The position numbers were made by a program, and so were the translations under genes. The notes under the pieces are model-generated. The model had not been told where the DNA came from, did no database searches, and was given only the letters and a program-made list of their open reading frames with translations. From NCBI GenBank assembly GCA_001949185.1, contig BDGG01000002.1, positions 6,562,448-6,626,447 on the forward strand: 64,000 nt of DNA, written 5' to 3'. The DNA is from Ramazzottius varieornatus (taxonomy: Eukaryota; Animalia; Tardigrada). This document shows positions 44,599-58,919 of the stretch, piece after piece (the first letter of the stretch is position 1; each line of letters starts with the position of its first letter).

Positions 44599-47500
44599 TC
44601 ACTCACCTTCCACCTTCATCTTTTTTGCCAGTCGGGAGCGGTAAATGTCGTTAACAAAGCGTCGTTCTGGATCGAATTCCAGCTTGATCTTGTCAGTTTC
44701 GGCATCGTCCGCCATATTGACAATCTGTGCGATGGTCCTCAGACCCGGGTCGATTCCATCGGCGGCCTTCTGTAGTTCCGCTGCCGACTTTGGCTGCTCT
44801 TCCAGGATCAGCTTAATAACTTGATCCAAGTCGGGGAAAGGACCTGCAAAGCTGTCAGGGGGCGGTAATTGCCTCTTCAAGTGTTCTAGTGCTTCGGGGA
44901 AGGCGTAATCCCCGCCTGGCACGGACAAGTACCCACGATTCCTGGGTCGAGGCTTGAAGGGAAGCATGGCGGCCAAGTCGGGCATCACTACACCTGACTT
45001 GGGACCAGAGGAGGTGGTGGCTGCTCGAGTGTTCTTGAACATGTCGAATGGAGAGGGCTGTGCCAGGCTGGAAGGATTACGACATTCCAAGTAGTCCATG
45101 TTACGCAGGTCGTTATCTGTCAGCGGCGTCAGGTCCATGTAATTCCATCGGCTTACCAGCCGTGATGCCGTGAGCGAGGTGGTTACAGGTGGTTGAAGGA
45201 TGTCGAGGAGTTCCGCTCGAGACTTTTCCGTTCTCTAATGACAAAAACAAACCCGGAATTACCAGAGATTTTCATACCAGAAAACGAATAATAGTTTCAA
45301 ATCGAAATTATTGATAAATTGAACTAAATGATTCGAAACCCCGGCAAACAAACTCGACGAGTTCGTTTTTCCAAGTGGCGCACGTCCTCAGTGTTACTGG
45401 CTGGGTGTGTGCGCCACTTTGATAAACGACATGGTCAATTTTGTTTGGCTTGATTCCATTTTCTACGAAATGAAAAACTTTAACCGCAGATTGGAAAAAT
45501 AGTATCTTCCCTGCGGACGCTGAAACTTTTCGCTGCTGGAAGAGAATATTATCATGATTGAATATTGTTTAAATTACCTGTATCGTATCGTAGTCACCAA
45601 ACAGAACGTCATATTCCAGAATCTTTCCAGCCACGACCAGTTTATCCGAAGGAGCCAAAGACTCAGCATTCAACGCCTTCTCGACCAAGATTTTGGCATT
45701 GATCTGCTCATTTTGTAACATCATGAAATCCAGGTATTTATCAACGAAACTCAAGTTGATTGGGTGTTTCTTGAAAACTAGTTCGAAGATTCTCAGGGCC
45801 ACGCCCTTATCTTTCGTGGTGAAGTATTCCATCAGAGCTGACGCCGTATAGATTTCTTGCGTTATCCTGGGGTCAGTTCGTGCTCGCTTGAAGATCTCAC
45901 GAGCTGCGTTGATGCCTTCGGCTCGTCGCATGAAGAGCATGTAGTGGATGTAGGCTAGAGTTGGGTTCTCCGTTACTTTCTTCAGACAGCGCTCGAAAAT
46001 TTTCTTCACACGATCGTTCATCTTTCGGAATTCTTCAATGTCAGCGATGATGAGGTAAAAGAGGGGCCGGTCGGGATAGAGAACGATGCCGCGTTCCATA
46101 CAGCAGGCAGCAGAGTCGAGCACTTCTCGTGCGGTAACGTGGTCTCCTTTCGACTGAGCCTGTAGACATTTTCGAAATTTCAACCAACAAACTCTCAGAT
46201 GATTCAAGTTTGTCTTGGGGCTGTACCTTTTCCGCTGCGTCTCGGTAATGGGCAGCAGTTTCGAGCCACATGTCCAGTCTGTAGGGCATGCACATCAGGC
46301 AGTTCTCGTAGGCGAAGGCGATTCGCCGCATCAGTTTGTTGTTATCGTCGAGCAGCAGCGGGTTTACTCGTTCGAAGTTCACCCATTTCTTCCAGTTTTC
46401 GATCTGTGGTCGGGGAAAAGGTTTACCATTTGCACCGTCATACAGAACCGTAAAACCAATAAAAAAAAGAAGGTAAACTTCTTATGCGAAAGGGTTATGT
46501 GCGCGCCAGGTCTCTCATTACACAATCGGGTTTTTGGTCGGAGCGGTTCAACGTTTATGGTTGCTTCCTGCAGGAAATAATCGGACTTCCGGGCAAGGGA
46601 ACAAGCGCTGACTTTATGTTTTCGTGCAATATTTTACTAATTACATCACAACTATTAAATTTCATTTTAATCACGGTACTAAGCATGCAATTTGGAAAGC
46701 GAAAGTGGAACAAGAAAATCACGGGTTCGCAAGACCACAATAAGTTTGTGATTTTTTGACACTGAAATACACTAGTGTATTTTAGTATCAAAAATATCAA
46801 GTTACGGCCAGAAGCAGTCGTTGGGCATTTGCATAGGAATCGATACCAGAAACTTTATTGCTTCCCAGCTTTGCAGATAAGCGTGGTTGCTTGATTGGCC
46901 AGGGAAGACGGCCAGGTTTTCCTGGCACCTCAGAAACTAACAGTCAAACACCTCAACAACTGTACGTAAAAACTAAAATGCATACTCTGCCAAAATCTGT
47001 CGCTAAATTTGAGTGTAGGGTATTGAGGTTCCACCTACGTACACCTTTGTTCACGACGTCAACTCATTTCAGCAAAACTAGCAACCCCTTTACTTTCATG
47101 TAGGAGACGCGCTACTTCAAACTAGTTTCTATACAGAAAACCTTTGGACTTTTCAGTGTTACGATGCCAGTCCGACAGCATTATTGCCCGTTTACTGCAG
47201 ATGAACCAACCCGTGCGGAGCCAAGAACTTCAGCGAACCACTGCCTTTCCATCGAACTATTGCGGTCGATACTGTCCACACGACCAAAGTTCTCCCCACC
47301 GATAAAATTCGCCTTAGTATGCCATAAGGACTGTTCCAAGTGGGTTCGTACTTTACGCCGGGGAACCCGGAATTACTGCCTTAACGAACTACAAGCAACT
47401 TAACCTAGCTACATTAATGAGTAACTATGACTATGACTATGAGCAACCCGAGGTCTGGCGCGCTACGGTTATCCCATTCGACAGGCTGAGGCTTAATGAC

Positions 47501-48242
47501 GTAAAAATACCTGCTGACGCTCCTCGTCGAGAGTTCGAGGAGGAGAGGGAAGTTTGTCTCTGCGGAGAGCTCGAACTAGCGGCTCCAGTACTCTAGCATT
47601 CTTCTTAGCGTTAGTGTATTCGCGACTGCGGTCAGAGGTAATCTTCTCGGCTTGGTTGGGTTGGAATCCCTGCTCGAAATGACAGTACTCTTTCCACATG
47701 AGCTCAATGTTCAGCATGGGGACCGAGACGGCTTTCTGAAACACTTCGCGAATCTTCAGGCCGCGCTGCTGTTCCGCATACGCTCCGACGGCTTCGCATT
47801 CCCTCAGAAACTTGATATAATCAAGGTACAAGGAGGACGAGTCAAGATCAAAGCCCACTCTGCCTATAGCCTGGTCGTATGCCTCGCGAATGCGCTCACG
47901 GTTGGGCAGCGAGACGGGAGGATAGTGTGAGAAGACATAGCGGACATGCTGCCGACTGAGTTCAATGGAGGGAATTTTATGCAGACAACGAGAAAACAAC
48001 TTTTCCACTTCGTCAAAATGGCTAGCTTTTATCTCTTGCTCTATGTAAAGCATCCAAAAGTATGGATGAGTAGGAAAATGCGAGACAGCACGCTCCCAGA
48101 ACGTCCGCATCTGGTCAACAGGACGCGTCTGCGCATCGCGAGCCAAGGCAAACCAACCTTCTGCATCGTGCGGATTCGCTTGGAGACGCGTCTCGATCTT
48201 GGCCACCCATTCGGTCAGACCATTATCCACATGCATCGACAT
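44599..48242 (-). CDS. CSTF3: Cleavage stimulation factor 77 kDa subunit (suppressor of forked)
   Basis: HAT repeats: NPHDAEGW, FPT...YIEQE, VEKLFSRCL, RIAFAYENCL, YMLFMRRAEGINAAREIFKRAR, VMPDLAAMLPFKP and NDIYRSR. The last codons could be spliced to a further exon. Confidence 0.93.
45333..45458. repeat. Palindromic element copy G (CstF-77 intron)
   Basis: GGCAAACAAACTCGAC...CAAGTGGCGCAC(45372-45383)-N25-GTGCGCCACTTT(45409-45420). Confidence 0.9.
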
Positions 48243-49163
48243 CTTTCTTTCCTACAACATTGAACCGTCCTTGAAACACAAACATGACGAGCAATGGCAA
48301 TAACGCTAATTAACAGGCGTGAGCTCAGCAATCAGCAATCAACGCTATGCTCAACATAAACTGCTCCCATTCGTCATGTTGTCGCAATCACAAAAGGAAC
48401 ACCACTTACTCTGCTGTTTGCTAGTCCGAGATACCGGCTGCCAACAACCTTCGTCCAACGTTCCAAAGGCAAAAGAAGGAAAAACAAGTAGCTTACACTG
48501 CGCTACGGAGCGGGGAACGCATGACAAAAAACAAAAGTCGAATGTACTGGGTAGGACGCAGTTCCGATCTCCCGGCTCGTTCGGTGATCAATGATTTCAA
48601 AGCAATTAAAGCTCATCAGAAGACCGTCTCCATCGACATTTTGGCCATTAACCTGGAGATAAGCGGGAGGTAACTAACGCGGAAAGCAAAACTAACTGAA
48701 GAGACAGAAGAGTGAAGACGAAGAAGTCAAAGACATCCTGAAAATTTTGTGAGTGAAAGTTCAACGCAGGTCCACCCGTGCTTGTTCCAGAGGATCCCCG
48801 GGCGTTTGAGGGGAAGGCGAAACATAGTAATATTATGGATTACATAACACAGACTTACACATATTACGTTATGCTATGACATTACACTGGCCACGTTTCC
48901 GCAAAACACCATGAATCCTGAATGTTTTTGTTTTTTCCCAATCAGATTGATCTCGTTTCCCGAAGCTCGCTTCATCAAAGCTCGCATCCACCGCCATCAA
49001 GTAGCAGGGTCGGACCGGAAGAACTAATGTGTAAGGATATGACGGGAAGTCATCGCGGAATACCTGTTAGCTGCTCAGACTGACCGGCGATCATCTCGTC
49101 ATCCCAAGTGGGACTGTGGAGCATCAGCAAACATTTTTGGCATCTCAGGTTCCAAAGTCCAAC

Positions 49164-52100
49164 ATGGCTTCGACCCTAAGCCCACCTGATCTCAGGTTTG
49201 TCGAAGGGTTTCTCGGTGACCTGCGGAATATTTCGAACGAAGGACGGAAGAAACACTCGGCTGTTAAAGAGGTAAATATGCGTGCAGCGTGCTGATTAAC
49301 TGCTGTTGAATTCATGATGCGAATGTTCGTTTCTGTGTTCGCAGGCTTCAGAAACCGCCATCGTCCGGCTGAGAAATCTTAGTCTCAACGGAAAAGATGT
49401 CCGCCAGAGTACGTCTTCGTGGAGGTTACGGGACGGTTCGACCACCGTATAAGATCAACCGTGGTTTTGGTTGTTTGCAGGTATCGTCAGCCACTGTTTG
49501 GATCTACTCCAGCCCATTCTCCTAGCCGCGGAAAGTGGCAACTCAAAGCTGGTGGTACTCGGATTACAGGCTCTTCAGAGATTATTCTCGCACGAGACAA
49601 TTGCCGATGTAAGGAGGCAACAGACAGGTCTAGTTACACAGCCGGCTAATGAATTACGCTCTCGCAGACATCACTTCCGGTCGTGATGAGCTTGATGTGG
49701 ACATTGATGGAGAGCCACACGGAGGAGCTCAAGCTGATCCAAACCATCACTGTGATCATAACGTCCAGTAACATCCTTCACGGAGAATATCTAGCCAAGG
49801 TATCGCATCCTGTTATTAAATTTATTGTCGAATATTGCTATATGCGTAGCTTGATGGGCGTTTCCATTACATTACAGAGTTTGGTAATATGTCTCCGAAT
49901 GCATTTCAACAAGGACCCTGTAATCAGCAATACCGCTGGAGCTGCTATCCGTCAGATCGTGCCTTTGCTTTACGAGAAAGCACTGGAGGAAAGCCAGTTG
50001 AGAAATGGTGGTAAGGATAAGTTGGCCCGAATGTTTCTCAATTGCGGATGATGAAATCTGGTCATTGGTAGATTCGGTTTCATTTAACAGACACGAGGCT
50101 GGATTCTGACCCGAACTTCCGCCTGGGAACCGCCGTCGTACCTTCTTCGCTAGGCAGATGCGGTGCGGATGCCTATTGCCTGCTGAACGTGAGCCATGAA
50201 TGAACGGTTCAGCCTTGTCCAAAATTACTGGTATTTTTTTCAGGACTTATGTATGATCATGAATGGCGAACAGCACGTATGGCTAATTGGCATGACGGAA
50301 ATGACTCGAGTCTTGGCCCTCGAACTCATCGAAAGTATCCTGGCCGGACATCACGCCCTTTTCGAGGTACAGAGGCTTCCTTCACAGAGGCTCGGGTCGC
50401 TCGAAATATTCGTAGAATAATTTGGTTTATAGGCGAAAGAGTTCCTGTTTTTGCTTAGAGAGCGGCTTTGCCCACTGTTGATTAAGCTCATCTCGCCATG
50501 CATCAGACATTCCCGAATAGCTAGCTCGGCGTCCAGTACTTCGCCGTCATCTTTGATCGCCGAGAAACCTTCCTTCCCTGTGACCGTGCATTTGATACGA
50601 ACTGTATTCGTACTCCTGGTTTCTTACTCCGACTTGTTACGGAATGAGACGGAAATTTTCTACTCTCTACTGATGAAGTTTGTGGACTCTGACAAAGTCC
50701 AGTGGACAAAGCTTCTAGCCTTGGATGTCTTGTTCAGGTTACTAAACGACTCCAAGATGGTTGTGTAAGTATCTCTTCCATCTTTCAATCTTTTCAAGCT
50801 CTTCCGTCCACTTTACTTATGGTCTTGAAATGCAGGTTGATCAGTCAAACCTATAACACGAAAGCAGCTTCTGAAGGAGTCTTCGGAGACCTGATCAACA
50901 CGATCAATAACTACATAATGGCCGTCTTCGTCAGGCCGAATTCCCCTTCCTCGTCAGCAAGCACCCCAACGTCTTCTACAAGCTCGAATGGTCCACCTGT
51001 TGTATCGACTACGTTTGCGCACAAAGACGTAAACATCCAGTTAGTTCCTCTGGGAAAAGCAGCGCTGTAAGTCTCGCAATTAATCAGATCCAGTTTGCTG
51101 TCCCAAATATAAATCTATGAGAACAGCGTATTGAAATGATAACCCTTTTTTTCACACAGGCTTGAGTCAAGAGACTCGGAGCCTCCTGTCATTTCGGATA
51201 ACTATGGCATGTCCGTAGCGTTTGCCTGTCTGTGTTTCGTCTCACGGACGGTCCTAGACCTGTTAGAGAAGAACCCACAGTTCGACGCAGACAGAACGGC
51301 TCTTCAAACGATTGTCCAGCATTCGTGGTGCGGAATGCTGTCGGCGGTATCGTCCCTTCTAGAAGCCAGCTGTGATGACTCGGTCACGGACAGTCTGCTG
51401 CAGATCTGTAAAGTCTACGTCAGGGCTGCAGGGCTTTGTCGAATGGATACCGTCCGGGAAGCCTTCATCACAGCTCTGTGCAAAGCTGCGTTCCCGATCA
51501 ACTATACCATAGGAATCCTCAAGTCCGCGTCGTCACGTCTGCCCTCACTTCCAAACGATGTCACTTCCGGTTAGCTGTGAACTTTGTATATGCCTGAACA
51601 AAATGTCATTGTATTTTGATTGTCTTTTCAGCGCCGATAAACAAAACTTCATCGGATGGTCAAACGATCGTCGACCCGGAGAACCGCAACCAGATCGTGG
51701 CAGTGGGAACACCCCTTTCCAGTTCGTTTCAGGGAGCAGTTATGGTAAGATCCCGGGAAGTTCCATTGGTTGGTTTTTCTGACCAGTATATCGCCTTTGC
51801 ATTTTTTCAGTTTAGTCTCTGCTTTCTGATGAGATGTTTTCTTGTAGTTGACGTCGAAGAATATAACGTGCCTCAATAAGCTCCTAGAAATGACCTCGAC
51901 ACTCGGCGACCTTCTCGATAGTTCATGGATTTTAGTCCTAGCTTCCATGCAGCACTTAGCATGGATACTCGGTATTAACCAGTTCGTGCCCGGCCTGGCC
52001 AACGGGTTGTCCAAGCAGCGCCAGCGTCCTTCTGAGAACCAACAAAGTACCATCCTGACCAACGTCATGATGTCGGACCTTCCTGAGTTAACGAAGCGCT

Positions 52101-55100
52101 TCGATGAGGTCTTCCAGCAGACTCGTACCCTGACAGACGCTTCACTCCACCATGTAGTTAGTGCTTTGTGCAAGCTCTCCGCTGATGCATCAGAAAGCGC
52201 GGCTGTCACCAGGGAGCCGTCGCTGTTCCCGGTGGCCAAGTTGGTCGATGTGGGTATGGTCAACCTGTTCCGCATTGAAGCGTGGTGGGCACCCGTCACA
52301 CAGAATTTGGCCATTGCGGCAGGGAGCTCCAACTTGGTTCTTCGCGAGTGGGGAACCGATGCGATCACGATCCTAGTCAAGGAAAGCTTAAGTTTCGACT
52401 TTCAACAGGTGACGCTTGGCCAATTTCTGCTCTTCGAATTATTTTGAAAAATATTTTGAATCTTTAAAACACTTGGGAAAATCAAAAAATGATGGTTTCT
52501 AGTAAACTCTACGGTATTTTCTCTTATATTATTCCAATTTCTATCTATGGTATTTTGTGTTTTTGTTTTTCCAATTTACTACGTTCTTTCTATTAATATC
52601 ATAATTATGTTCGGTATTTTTACCGTTTGTATTTTCAGACTCTACTGCAATCCAGTCCAGCTCTTCAGATAAAAATCCTTCAGCCTCTCCTCGGACTTTC
52701 GCAGATTGGCTGGTCCGATGTGCGACTGAAGCTGTTCATCAGCCTCAATCACGTTATCCTGTCCTCCGCCGAAAAGATCGGTTCCTGTTGGAAGCCAATA
52801 GTCGCGGTCATAGGCGCAGTGGACGGGATCAACGACGAGAACCTAGTTCGTGCAGGCTTTAAGTGTATCCAGGGCGTCGTGTCCGACCACCTTCAGAACG
52901 TCTCTTTCGACTGTGTGGAGCAATGTGTGGACGCCGCCGCCAAGTACGGTAACCAGCCGCAAGAACTCAACGTGGCCTTGACGGCGGTGGGGCTGATGTG
53001 GAACTTGGCGGACCACATCTATCAACAAAGAGCCACGTTTGGTGTCAGTCAAGAACGGCTGCAGAACTCCATGCTGAATTTATACAAGCAATTGTCACAG
53101 CTCTGTCTGGATGTCAGACCGGAGGTGCGGAAAAGCGCGGCGCAGACGCTGTTTTTGGCCATAGCCTCCCATGGTAGTGCGCTGGATATCGCCACATGGA
53201 ACCGCCTCGTTGTCGACGTAAGCTACTTCCGTGAAGTCATGCATGCGTTGTAGGCATCCGTGAACTATTAAATATATTGTCACAGCCTTAGACTGTTCTG
53301 ATCTTTTAGATATGTTACATCCTTTTGAAATGTCTGGAAAAGTACTGTACTACGGCATCCGAGGACCGGATATCGGACGACGACGATAAAGTCATTATGC
53401 ACCATTCCCGTGATACGGCGAAGAAGCAATGGGCAGAGACATGGGCGATCGTCCTTCCGGCCGTCACGAAGACGATAACGGGAAGCTTTACCATCGTCCT
53501 CAAATTCAGTAAGTTTCGTACTGAACGTATAGGTTCCGTTTCAGAATCAATAAAATTATTTTACAGAGCAGTCGCAACAAGTATGGCAAGGTTTGCTGTA
53601 CCACATTCAACGCGGTGGCATCTCGGGTCTCGAAGAAGTTTCCATGTCCGCGTTGAAATGTGTGGACGACATCCTGTTACTCTCCGGACCCACGCCATCT
53701 GAAAATGGTCGTTCCGAGGCGCAATCGCCGCACACGAAGTCTATGCTGGACTTGAGCGTGCAGATGCTAGACGACCTGTGGAAATGCATGCACAGTATCG
53801 GGATAGGCCTTATCGAATGCATGAAAAGAAAGACCGAAACGTAGTTCTATATTACTCTTCAAGTACTTGGGTAGCATTCTTGTGTCGATGTACGAATACT
53901 GCGTTTGTTGCAGAGATTCTCTGCCGTCGCAGAAGCTGTTAACACTGTACAGCACCATCTTCCGTCGACTGAACGCCAGGATGGGCAACAACTTCTCGTC
54001 GAACATGCTCAAGAAGCTGCATGACGTGTTCCCCGCTGTCATGCTGCCTGTCCTGCATCGCAACGCCGCCAAGATACTACCGTGCAAAGCGGAAATATCG
54101 CCGTTGCAAGAAGCCGTCCTGATGATTGCAGAGTCACTACAAACCGTAAAGCGAAAACTAACGCTTCTAAAATTTAAAATTCATTTGTTGTATTTTCTTC
54201 TCGAGTTTGCTGACTCTAGTGAAAGCTGACGGTTTTTTGTTTTTTAGGAAATCCTAAAGCCGCGTTCGGCGACTCCGCATCTCGTTACAGAGCTCTTTGG
54301 TCTGTGGCTGAAGTTTGCCAGACAGTCAACGTCCATTCCGGTGATTGGCCGTTCCCTAGCCATGGATCCCGGTTACCTCTCTACATGGTGGGCAGCTACC
54401 TTCTCCCTCTTCTCGGAAACAGCCATGCAGAAAGTTTACGAACTCTATACTGTCACGCACACCTGGAAACTTGTCATGGACTCTGACGTACTCAGCAACA
54501 TTATACAAGTAAGGTAAACTGACGGTAGATCGTAGAGCTAGAGACAAACCAGGAGGCGACACACGTAGAGATCAAATTTGGACGAATGCAACGAAAAGGA
54601 CACTGTTGGCACTGAGAGAAGGACGTACGAACTTTTAGAGAGTTCGACTTTGCGCGGTGATTTGCATCTTCAGGGTAGTTAGCTTCTCATGTAGCATCTG
54701 GATGTCTTGTCTCAGCTGGACGTTCTCCATTTCTAGCTGCTGGCAGCGCACGACCGAATAGACTTCTCGGTGCTTACGGGCCATCCTTGACTTCTTAGCG
54801 GACTCGTTATTGCGAATCCTTCGCTGCCAGTAGTGCTCGTCTTTTCGCTCGGTGGACACTGGCGTAGGTTTTCGCTTGACAGCTGCGTGGGTTGGCCGGG
54901 AGAATATGGTCAGTGGAGGTTCAGCGAACATTTGCGGAGGACTGTCTGTCGTTGGTCCTTGGGAAGGTTTTTGCGGTGGCGCTGCAGTTCCGTTGTCAGT
55001 ACTTCCAGGCTAGGAAGAAACAAAACTATTTAAAATAAAAATCGAAGGGAGCTCCAAACAAATTCCAGATTCTGAATTCTAAGAAATGTCTGATTCAGAA

Positions 55101-58100
55101 ATGTATGTAATGAAGGTGCGGGAAGGCCAGTGGCAATCTTCTTCTAAAAGTCGGCTCTCTATGGTGCTTACTTGGGTCGAGTCGGCGTCAGCGTATTTGC
55201 AGTAAGTGGGAGGCTGATGAGCAAGTCCGGCCGGTGGATTGGCAGAGGCCATCCGATAATGGTCGAAATATCCAGACGAGACATTTTCCGATTGCGGCGG
55301 CCAGTATAAAGAACTGTAGTTGCCGCCGTATGCGTAGGCTGAGGTCGAGCCCATCGACGAAGAGTAGTACAGGTTCCTGGACATCCTAGAGAAAGGATTC
55401 GTTATCAAAACCGCCATCAAACTCTACTGGGTTTAGCCAAGAGTCTAGAAGAAGTTTCTCGGGAGAGTTGAGGAAGGAACACTGGAATGGATTTTCCCGT
55501 AAGTAAATATGCAAACGACATCGGCTCGAGGAGAGCGACTAACTTTTGCTGCAATAAACGGATTAACTATTGCTTTTTGTATCTTGGGTCATTCTGCGGG
55601 CCGCGTAAGAATGCGGTAATTACAATGGCTGATTGCATCACTTTACGTAAAGGAGTGGTTGCGCCATGGGGGAAGAAGGGAAGACGGGCGAGGTTGCAAA
55701 GGGAGTGGGGACCATAGTGAACAGTGAGCCCGTAGATTGGGAGAGTCTGAGAAAATGACCAAGACTTTTGTCTTAGCAGCAGGTTAGATTGAGGTCAGTC
55801 AGTCAACAGATTATGCTATTCAGACAGATTTTTTCATCCTCAAAAGGTGGAAGGCAGGAAGAAAGGATCCCGATTATAATTATGAGCGGTAGGTGGTCGG
55901 CTTTGACGTAAGAGAGACAGACTGGTTGCGTTTCTATACGTAAGAACGAGGTAAGATGCCGTAAGAACGTGAGAAACCTACTTGAGCTCCCCTTGCAATT
56001 GTCCCGTTGAATGGAATCTCCGCTGTGATCTCAACAAAGTGATCCACCCTTTTCAGGCTTGACCTTAGATGAACCCGAAGATCCCAAAAATAATCCCGTG
56101 AAGTTAATTCTACGGCTGAAGACGAACTCGTTTCTGTATTCCGCAGTTTTTTCCAGAAGTTCTCCGAGGAAATCCTGTCGGACAAAGAAAAGCCGCAGAA
56201 GTAATGTAGACGGGCATCGATACGAAGAAGATACAAAACTGTTAAGCTGGAAGAGGATTTTTGGTGGTGTGAGGAATATGTAATCTTTTCTGAACAAACT
56301 GATTGGCAAGTCGATACGCGGTCGTCTAATGGACAGTGGTCATTACATGAGTACGACTTAGCAGTGGCTCTCTTCGGTATTTCCTGGTTGCAAGGAGGTT
56401 ATGCCGTGGTTATGTGTCCATCTGGCGACGTTCTTGTGCAAGGATGACGTGAAATTAGATTTGCACAAGAGCTTTCGTTGGGGCCATTGATTGGGGGCAA
56501 GAGGGGCCGTTAGTGCGTGGGATGGCGGGATAGACGAAAAAGTACGGCTGCCTTGGCCCATTGTCTCGAGCCTCAAGTATGATTGTCTTGCTGTCTCATT
56601 GTGGACAAAAATTCAATTAGTGCCAATCTGCACGTTATGCTCCCTACCGTCATACGGAGCCATAACATGGTGCAATACTCGCACCGCTAATGGCTTCGTG
56701 GAACAAGTCTCCCAACCGGCGGCATCAGAAGGACCTTCCCGTGCAAGGCCGTGCCGCTAATGATACTTAACTACCACCGAAAAAAAGCTTGCGAAACTGC
56801 TGAAATAACACGTTGGAACGAAATTTATTCGCAATATTTAGTTGGAACTTTTGCAAACGAACTCGGCAGGATTGTTTTTCCCAAGTGGCGCACCCTTCCA
56901 GCCGACAACACTCTAAACTTGCGCCACTTGGGAAACAACCTTGTCGAATTTGGGTATTGGACTTCGATTTCGATACCCGGAAGCTGCTTCTTCGGTGAAC
57001 TTGCAACGGTGTACTTTGGTCGGGGGCTTTGGAAGGGAAGGAAAACCTTGCGGATTTGCGCGTGACCATTCTGATTGACAGAATGTTCTGACACACGCTA
57101 CCGTTGCGTAAGATTGCTGTAGATGGGGGATTAAATTACTAGGTAAACTTTTTGCTAATCATGACCGTATGACCTGCAAGTTGGCCATTAGGCATTGTCG
57201 TGGAGGCTTCTGACGTCCCGTGGAGAGCAAGTGCACGTGCAGTATGGACATTGGTCGCGAATGCATAAAGATCTCTTCGTCAACCATCCATCTGCTGCAG
57301 AAGCTGTCGTTCAATGTCCTCTTCCCCAGCAGCTTTGCTGTGACACGTTATGTGAGCACATTGCACTATTTTAATCCCGGAGAACAATATGCCTTCCATC
57401 ATAAGCATGCGACATCTGTAGCTGCACTATGGGGTGAACGTTATGCAATATCTTACCGTTACGCAAGACGTAATGGATGGTTGTGCGGCAGCAGATGCGA
57501 GGGGAGCCCCATACAGTTTGTTTAATGAACTGGACAGGATGTACATACTGATGAGGTCACGGTCTTCAATGACACTCTTAATTTTTTTTTCAGTTAACAC
57601 CTCATCTCTTCGTAGGCACTTCATCAGCCGATGAAATTACGCGAAAAGGATCCACATCAAACGGCATGGAAAGTGGCAGTGCAAACACTGCAAAAAGTCA
57701 CCAGCATAACGCTTCCCACCATCAACGCCCAAAATGCACCAGTTTTCAGAAATATCTGGCTGCATCTCGCGAGAACTGTCGATGACTTCTTGTATGGCAG
57801 CGAAGGCCAGAATACGAATTGGGGAACTGAAGACATCGATCGTCAAGTACAGAAATCTGGTCGATGGTATTTGAGGCTCGGCTAATGACTTGGACCAGAT
57901 CGTTCTCCCGAGCGGCGCAAGTGTTGAGCCAATAACCATGCCTGCGTGCGCCACTTGAGATGACGATCTGGTTGATTCGTTGCCGACATGCCATGTTGAT
58001 TTCGCGGATGAGTTCCACCAAACTGTGGTTGTAGGTGATATCCTTCTTCCGATCAGAAATCTTGCCTCAAGTAGCCCTGGTACCGCCAGACGATTTGAAG

Positions 58101-58697
58101 TTTGTCATCTTGGTCTTCAATAAAGGTTCACTTCATGCGGCGGTGATGGAAGCTGATCATGGTTCGTTTGGACGAAATTTCGTCTCCAACATCCTATTTC
58201 CTAAATTACAATCTGTATTTCTGTTGTAGTGTTGCCGGTTAACTCAGAAGTGTTCTCTACGATATGTTTCGAGGCCTTGCTGGATTTTACCCTACGACAT
58301 TCCGAAGTGGCAGAGGGTGTTGGGGAGGAACTGGACATTCCTTCTGTTCTTCTTCGATGCGAGAAAGTGTTCATTTCCTTGTCGGCCCCTTCCGGTCCGC
58401 CGGAGATTATGGGAGCGATGCACGCTCTTCGGTGCATTAAAAGTATCCTGTCCAATATCAAGCAATCCCACCTTGCAAAAGGTATGGCTGGTCCACATGT
58501 CCACCTTCAATTATGCTTACCATTCATGTTTTTTAGTGGATCGGCAAATATGGCACGACGTGATAGCAATGTATCAGAAGCTGATACAACTCATTCCGGT
58601 TGAGCTCAATGGTACTCTGAATAGTGATTTTAATAGATTACTTTCCCTTGCCTTGCTACAATATTCGGACCTCATTCAGCCTCCTTTCAAGAGGTGA
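49164..58697 (+). CDS. MON2: MON2 homologue (Sec7-family HEAT scaffold; many exons)
   Basis: [18 protein letters not shown]|[25 protein letters not shown]...[65 protein letters not shown] and [16 protein letters not shown]. Confidence 0.95.
54635..55384 (-). CDS. PAR/CES-2-type bZIP transcription factor nested antisense in a MON2 intron (2 coding exons)
   Basis: Exon 55172-55384 splices in phase 0 to 54635-55009. Contains [26 protein letters not shown] plus zipper [19 protein letters not shown]. Confidence 0.88.
56843..56967. repeat. Palindromic element copy H (large MON2 intron, upstream of the bZIP gene)
   Basis: CAAGTGGCGCAC(56882-56893)-N25-TTGCGCCACTTG(56919-56930). Confidence 0.9.
57871..57993. 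repeat. Palindromic element copy I (MON2 intron 57847-58034)
   Basis: GACCAGATCGTTCTC-CGAGCGGCGCAA(57909-57920)-N25-GTGCGCCACTTG(57946-57957)-AGATGACGATCTGGTT. Confidence 0.85.
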
Positions 58698-58919
58698 GCA
58701 CGATCTTTTTTGTCAATGGTCTTATACAAATATTCATTTTTGAAGTTTTCAGCATGCAAACGATGAAATCAATCAACGAAAATTTCAAATATCAAAGCAA
58801 CGCAACAAGTCAAGGCTCTTTTGAGACCGAATATCATGTCACGTGAAACTAAGTCAATAGACCGGAAGAGACAACAGGATAATGAAGAACCTTCACACAG
58901 ATTTTCTACCAAAAAATCG

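Noticed and set aside
48820-48890. Degenerate pentamer-like repeat between CSTF3 and MON2
   Set aside because: Short, eroded simple repeat with no further structure.
52430-52635. Very AT-rich stretch in MON2
   Set aside because: It lies within an ordinary intron; low complexity only.
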